Assembly (NCBI RefSeq): GCF_964355755.1
Contig: NC_092670.1
Location: 16,292,795-16,356,794, forward strand
DNA length: 64,000 bases
Reading direction: 5' to 3'
Source of the DNA: Antedon mediterranea
Taxonomy: Eukaryota > Animalia > Echinodermata
The stretch's first letter is position 1, and the number at the start of each line of letters is the position of its first letter. The notes under the pieces are model-generated. The model ran no database searches and had not been told where the DNA came from. It saw only the letters and a program-made list of their open reading frames with translations. The position numbers and the translations under genes were made by a program. Shown piece after piece: positions 37,931 to 64,000 of the stretch.

Positions 37931-40900
37931 TTTATGTCAAAAGTGGTTACTTTTGACATAAATGGTTACTATAGCATAATAAACATGCGCAGAGACGAAT
38001 AATGGGTTTTGCGCATGTCAATTGTGCTATAGTAACCAGTTTTGACATGCGCAGAGGCGACTAATGGGTTATAGTAACCTGTTTTATCAAAAAATAAAAA
38101 GGTCGAAAATTGGCCATTTTTTTTTTAAATCCCTGTACTATAGTACAGGGAAATTTTCGAAAAATGGCCAATTTTCGACCCTTTTATTTTTTGACCCTTT
38201 TATTTTTTGACTATTACATAATAAACATGCTCAGATACGAAAAATGGGTTCTGCGTATGTCAATTGTGCTATAGTTACCAGTTTTGACATAAATGGTTAC
38301 TATAGCATAATAAACATGCGCAGAGACGAATAATGGGTTCTGCGCATGTCAATTGTGCTATAATAACCAGTTTTATCGAAAAATAAAAAGATCGAAAATT
38401 GGCCATTTTTTAGAAAAAATCCTTGTATTATAGTACAGGGAAATTTTCGAAAAATGACCGATTTTCGACCCTTTTATTTTTTGACATAAATGGTTACTAT
38501 TACATAATAAACATGCGCAGAGTCGAATAATGGGTTCTGCGCATGTCAATTGTGCTATAGTAACCAGTTTTATCGAAAAAAAAAAGTTCGAAAATTGGCA
38601 ATTTTTTTGAAAAATTCCCTTACTATAGTACAGGGAAATTTTCGAAAAATGGCCGATTTTCGACCCTTTTATTTTTTGACATAAATGGTTACTATTGCAT
38701 AATAAACATGCTCAGAGACGAAAAATGGGTTCTGCGCATGTCAATTGTGCTATAGTAACCAGTTTTGACATAAATGGTTACTATAGCATAATAAACATGC
38801 GCAGAGACGAATAATGGTTTCTGCGCATGTCAATTGTGCTATAGTAACCAGTTTTATCGAAAAATAAAAAGATTGAAAATTGGCAATTTTTTAGAAAAAA
38901 TCCCTGTATTATAGTACAGGAAATTTTCGAAAAATGGCCGATTTTCGACCCTTTTACTTTTTGACATAAATGGTTACTATTGCATAATAAACATGCTCAG
39001 AGACGAAAAATGTGTTCTGCGCATGTCAATTTTGCTATCATAACCATATTTGACATAAATGGTTACTATAGCACAATTGAAAGCATAATAAACATGCGCA
39101 GGGACGAAAAAATTCCTGTACTATAGTACAGGTAAATTTCCGAAAAATGGCCGATTTTCGACCCCTTTATTTTTTGACATAAATGGTTACTATTGCATAA
39201 TAAACATGCCCAGAGTCGAATAATGGGTTCTGCGCATGTCAATTGTGCTATAGTAACCAGTTTTGACATAAATGGTTACTATAGCATAATAAACATGCGC
39301 AAAGGCGACTAATGGGTTCTGCGCATGTCAATTGTGCAATAGTAACCAGTTTTGACATAAATGGTACTATAGCATAATAAACATGCGCAGAGTCGAATAA
39401 TGGGTTCTGCGCATGTCAATTGTGCTATTGTAACCAGTTTTGACATAAATGTCAATTGTGCTATCATAACCATATTTGACAATTTGATAAATGGTTACTA
39501 TAGCACAATTGACAGCATACTAAACATGCGCAGAGACGAATAATGGGTTCTGCGCATGTCAATTGTGCTATAGTAACCAGTTTTGACATAAATAGTTACT
39601 ATAGCATAATAAACATGCGCAGAGGCGACTAATGGGTTCTGCGCATGTTAATTGTGCTATAGTAACCAGTTTTATCGAAAAATAAAAAGGTCGAAAATTG
39701 GCCAATTTTTTGAAAAAATCCCTGTACTATAGTACAGAGAAATTTTCGAAAAATGGCCGATTTTCGACCCTTTTATTGTTTGACATAAATGGTTACTATT
39801 GCATAATAAACATGCGCAGAGTCGAATAATGGGTTCTGCGCATGTCAATTGCGCTATAGTAACCAGTTTTAAACATAAATGGTTACTATAGCACAATTGA
39901 CAGCATAATAAACATGCGCAGAGGCGACTAATGGGTTCTGCGCATGTTAATTGTGCTATAGTAACCAGTTTTATCGAAAAATAAAAAGGTCGAAAATTGG
40001 CCAATTTTTTGAAAAAATCCCTGTACTATAGTACAGAGAAATTTTCGAAAAATGGCTTATTTTCGACCCTTTTATTGTTTGACATAAATGGTTACTATTG
40101 CATAATAAACATGCGCAGAGTCGAATAATGGGTTCTGCGCATGTCAATTGCGCTATAGTAACTAGTTTTAAACATAAATGGTTACTATAGCACAATTGAC
40201 AGCATAATAAACATGCGCAGAGACGAATAATGGGTTCTGCGCATGTCATTTGTGCTATAGTAACCAGTTTTATCGAGAAAGAAAAAGTTCGAAAATTGGA
40301 AATTTTTTTGAAAAAATGCCTTACTATAGTACAGGGAAATTTTCGAAAAATGGCCGATTTTCGACCCTTTTATTTTTTGACATAAATGGTTACTATTGCA
40401 TAATAAACGTGCGCAGAGTCGAATAATGGGTTCTGCGCATGTCAATTGTGCTATTGTAACCAGTTTTGACATAAATGGTTACTATAGCATAATAAACATG
40501 CGCAGAGGTGACTAATGGGTTCTGCGCATGTTAATTGTGCTATAGTAACCAGTTTTATCGAAAAATAAAAATGTCGAAAATTTGCCATTTTTTTGAAAAA
40601 ATCCCTGTACTATAGTACAGAAATTTTTCGAAAAATGGCCGATTTTCGACCCTTTTACTTTTTGACATAAATGGTTACTATTGCATAATAAACATGCTCA
40701 GAGACGAAAAATGTGTTCTGCGCATGTCAATTTTGCTATCATAACCATATTTGACATAAATGGTTACTATAGCACAATTGACAGCATAATAAACATGCGC
40801 AGGGACGAAAAAATCCCTGTACTATAGTACAGGTAAATTTCCGAAAAATGGCCGATTTTCGACCCTTTTATTTTTTGACATAAATGGTTACTAATGCATA

Positions 40901-41208
40901 ATAAACATGCCCAGAGTCGAATAATGGGTTCTGCGCATGTCAATTGTGCTATAGTAACCAGTTTTGACATAAATGGTTACTATAGCATAATAAACATGCG
41001 CAGAGTCGAATAATGGGTTCTGCGCATGTCAATTGTGCTATCATAACCATATTTGACAATTTGATAAATGGTTACTATAGCACAATTGACAGCATACTAA
41101 ACATGCGCAGAGACGAATAATGGGTTCTGCACATGTTAATTGTGCTATAGTAACCAGTTTTATCGAAAAATAAAAAGGTCGAAAATTGGCCATTTTTTTG
41201 AAAAATGG
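37931..41208. repeat. Complex satellite of two self-complementary modules (A ~89/100 bp, B ~105 bp)
   Basis: A: ggttactatagca..acatgcgcaga..tctgcgcatgt..tgctatagtaacc. B is centred on the palindrome ccctgtactatagtacaggg. Irregular A/B order. Diverged opposite-orientation copies at 37029-37311. Confidence 0.95.
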
Positions 41209-41844
41209 AAATTGATTTAATCACAAATAAAATTGATTGAATGACAAATAAAATGGAATTGTCAATATATACCACCTTAGTTTAACATTAAAATTATATT
41301 TATACATGTAATACTAAACACTATTAAATCATTTTTTAATATTTCCTACATATTTTTTAAAAACTAATGTGAGAGCTTTGTCATTGTGCACATCGTGAGC
41401 ATGTGCAGCATAGTCGAGCGCACCGTGGAAAACAAAAGCTCTCTATTATACAATACTGCAGTTTGCATAAACACCAAAAGTATTAGTGAAATTAATAATT
41501 TATATAGCATTAATAATTACCACATGTCTATAGTATTTTGTATGATATTATATAATAATTGTATTTAACTACAGTGATAAAGAAGAAGAAAAACGACAAA
41601 TGTAAATTGGTAAAACAAAACAAGTATTAGTATTAAAATGTTATAGTGCAGTGGACTGATAAGTGAGTGATCATGAATGGCTAGGTAAAAGAAAAGAGAT
41701 GATATGGACATAGATATTAGTAGGACTGAATCAAGAAAATAACCAACACATTAGTTTCGTATACATCAAAAGATTTGTTACAATTGTGCCATATAGCAAT
41801 AGCCTAAACAAATTCCCTAATATAATTAAGTTTAAACTATTTTG

Positions 41845-42480
41845 CTACACATGGCATGCAGAAATAAAACAATGCATCTATTGTATGCATGCAAGGGAAA
41901 ACCTTTCAACACAACTTGCAAGAAACATAAACTAGGACAGATAAAAACAATGTATTGTAACAAACTATTGTAACTACTTTATACCAGGAAAACTCCTTTC
42001 AATACGCAATACAGGAAATACAAACTAGGCTAGATAAAAAATCCCCTAATATAACATGTATAATAGTACAAGAAAAAACCTTTATGATATATGGCATGCT
42101 GAAATAAAACACAATGCACCTATTGTATGTATACAATGCAATAAACAATGCAGGAGAAATACAAACTGGGCCTGATAAAAACAATGCAACTATTGTATTT
42201 ATAAAAGAAAAAACCGTTTTGATAAACATGGCATGCAGAAATAAAAACATTGTTTAACTTTTGTATTTATATACAAGGAAAAACCTTTCGACAAACATAG
42301 CATGCTGGAAATATAAACTGGGCTTAATGATAAAACAATGCAACTATTGTATTTATACAAGAAAAAACCTTTTAAAAATCACATAAACATGCAAGAAATT
42401 TACATAAACTAGGCCCATAGCAATATAATAATATCTCTATGCTATGGCCTAATGTTCAAGACAATGCAACTATCATAGAA
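41845..42480. repeat. Degenerate ~60-80-bp tandem repeat downstream of SMG1 (possibly in its 3' UTR)
   Basis: Recurring catgc(a/t)gaaata(t/c)aaactggg..ataaaaacaatgcaactattgtatttatacaagaaaaaacctt. Confidence 0.7.
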
Positions 42481-43050
42481 CACTATAACTAGAATAACCA
42501 GCAGTCCTGCACGTACATAGATATATACAAATTGATGTGATTATAAGTTGAACAACACTAAGCACTAAAGAAACACGCTATCTATCTATTATAAACAATA
42601 AACACTTGGGCTTTTTATATCCTTAAAACTTCTTGATCTTCAATCATTAAAAAAAGTTCTACTCCTCCTTTTAAAACTCAATATCTTTATCATAATATTA
42701 TGATAACACTTTGTTGTGCCATGTTGTATATTATAACATGTATTTGCACCTTTCTCAGCTCTATCTACTGATCCATTCCGATCTTATTGCTATCATAGCA
42801 ATATGCATTTCATAGGCAATAGCATGGAGTATACGATGTTAACATTCCAATGCTATATTAAAGTCCCTGAACCTATTCTGAACAAGGTTATTAAAATTAG
42901 GGACGGTGCCGAGTATTCTATGCACACCATCTATTCTTCCGAAACATCTGGCAAGTGCTAGGTCGTTGACCTTATAAGGGTCCAGCAGACGATTGGTTGT
43001 TACGCCACCATCATCGGGTTGTTTAAACCTGGTTGCTTGCTACTTCTACT

Positions 43051-63624
<20,574 letters not shown>

Positions 63625-64000
63625 CTGGAAGAAACAAAGATACAGATTAGTGTACAATAGCAAAATATTACCAAAGAAACTGGGTAATCCCATGAAGCCT
63701 CAGGAATTTCTTTCAGTAGTATGTAGTACCATAGGTGAAAACATGTAGGTAATGTGCTCTTTTGTACTTAATTATTATTTATAATTCATACAGTAGAAAC
63801 AATATTAAAAAGACACCTTCAGAACAAAACAAAGTGTCCTCTTAATAATCCAGAGGATGCAGAACCATCAATATTTAATATTGACAATTCCTTTTTTAAT
63901 TATTGTGACTGTTACTGTAACTATTGCTGGAATAGTACTACAGGTACATGCGAATGTTTTAAGAGTGTTTATTCAGGAGGGCCAATTTTATACAGTTAGA

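Noticed and set aside
39066-41275. Cys-rich repeated ORFs (KLVTIAQLTCAEPIIRLCACLLC)
   Set aside because: Translations of the hairpin satellite. Unit lengths (89/100 bp) are not multiples of 3 and frames break constantly.

Overview
AT-rich, intron-containing animal (invertebrate) genomic DNA; a deuterostome, perhaps an echinoderm, is inferred from a Deu/Nin-core SINE and frequent TAGGCCTA. It is not prokaryotic. Two convergent genes can be reconstructed exon by exon: a complete 7-exon RRP7A on + (9005-36713, 276 aa) and the last 32 coding exons of SMG1 kinase on - (63624-43051). Between them lies a ~3.3-kb satellite built from two hairpin modules, with a DIRS tyrosine-recombinase retroelement remnant near its inversion point. 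One SMG1 intron is ~6 kb of a 29-bp minisatellite whose unit copies the intron's own 5' splice site. Non-autonomous DNA transposons resembling six to seven superfamilies are recognisable from TIR/TSD signatures (Harbinger, MULE, Sola1, hAT, P, Kolobok, possibly Tc1/pogo), plus tiny TSD-flanked palindromes that resemble P-element excision footprints. The first 9 kb is CpG-richer non-coding DNA with a candidate 25-nt microexon of a divergent gene. I found no convincing new protein-coding system. Exon calls and counts were made by hand; no database search was run.
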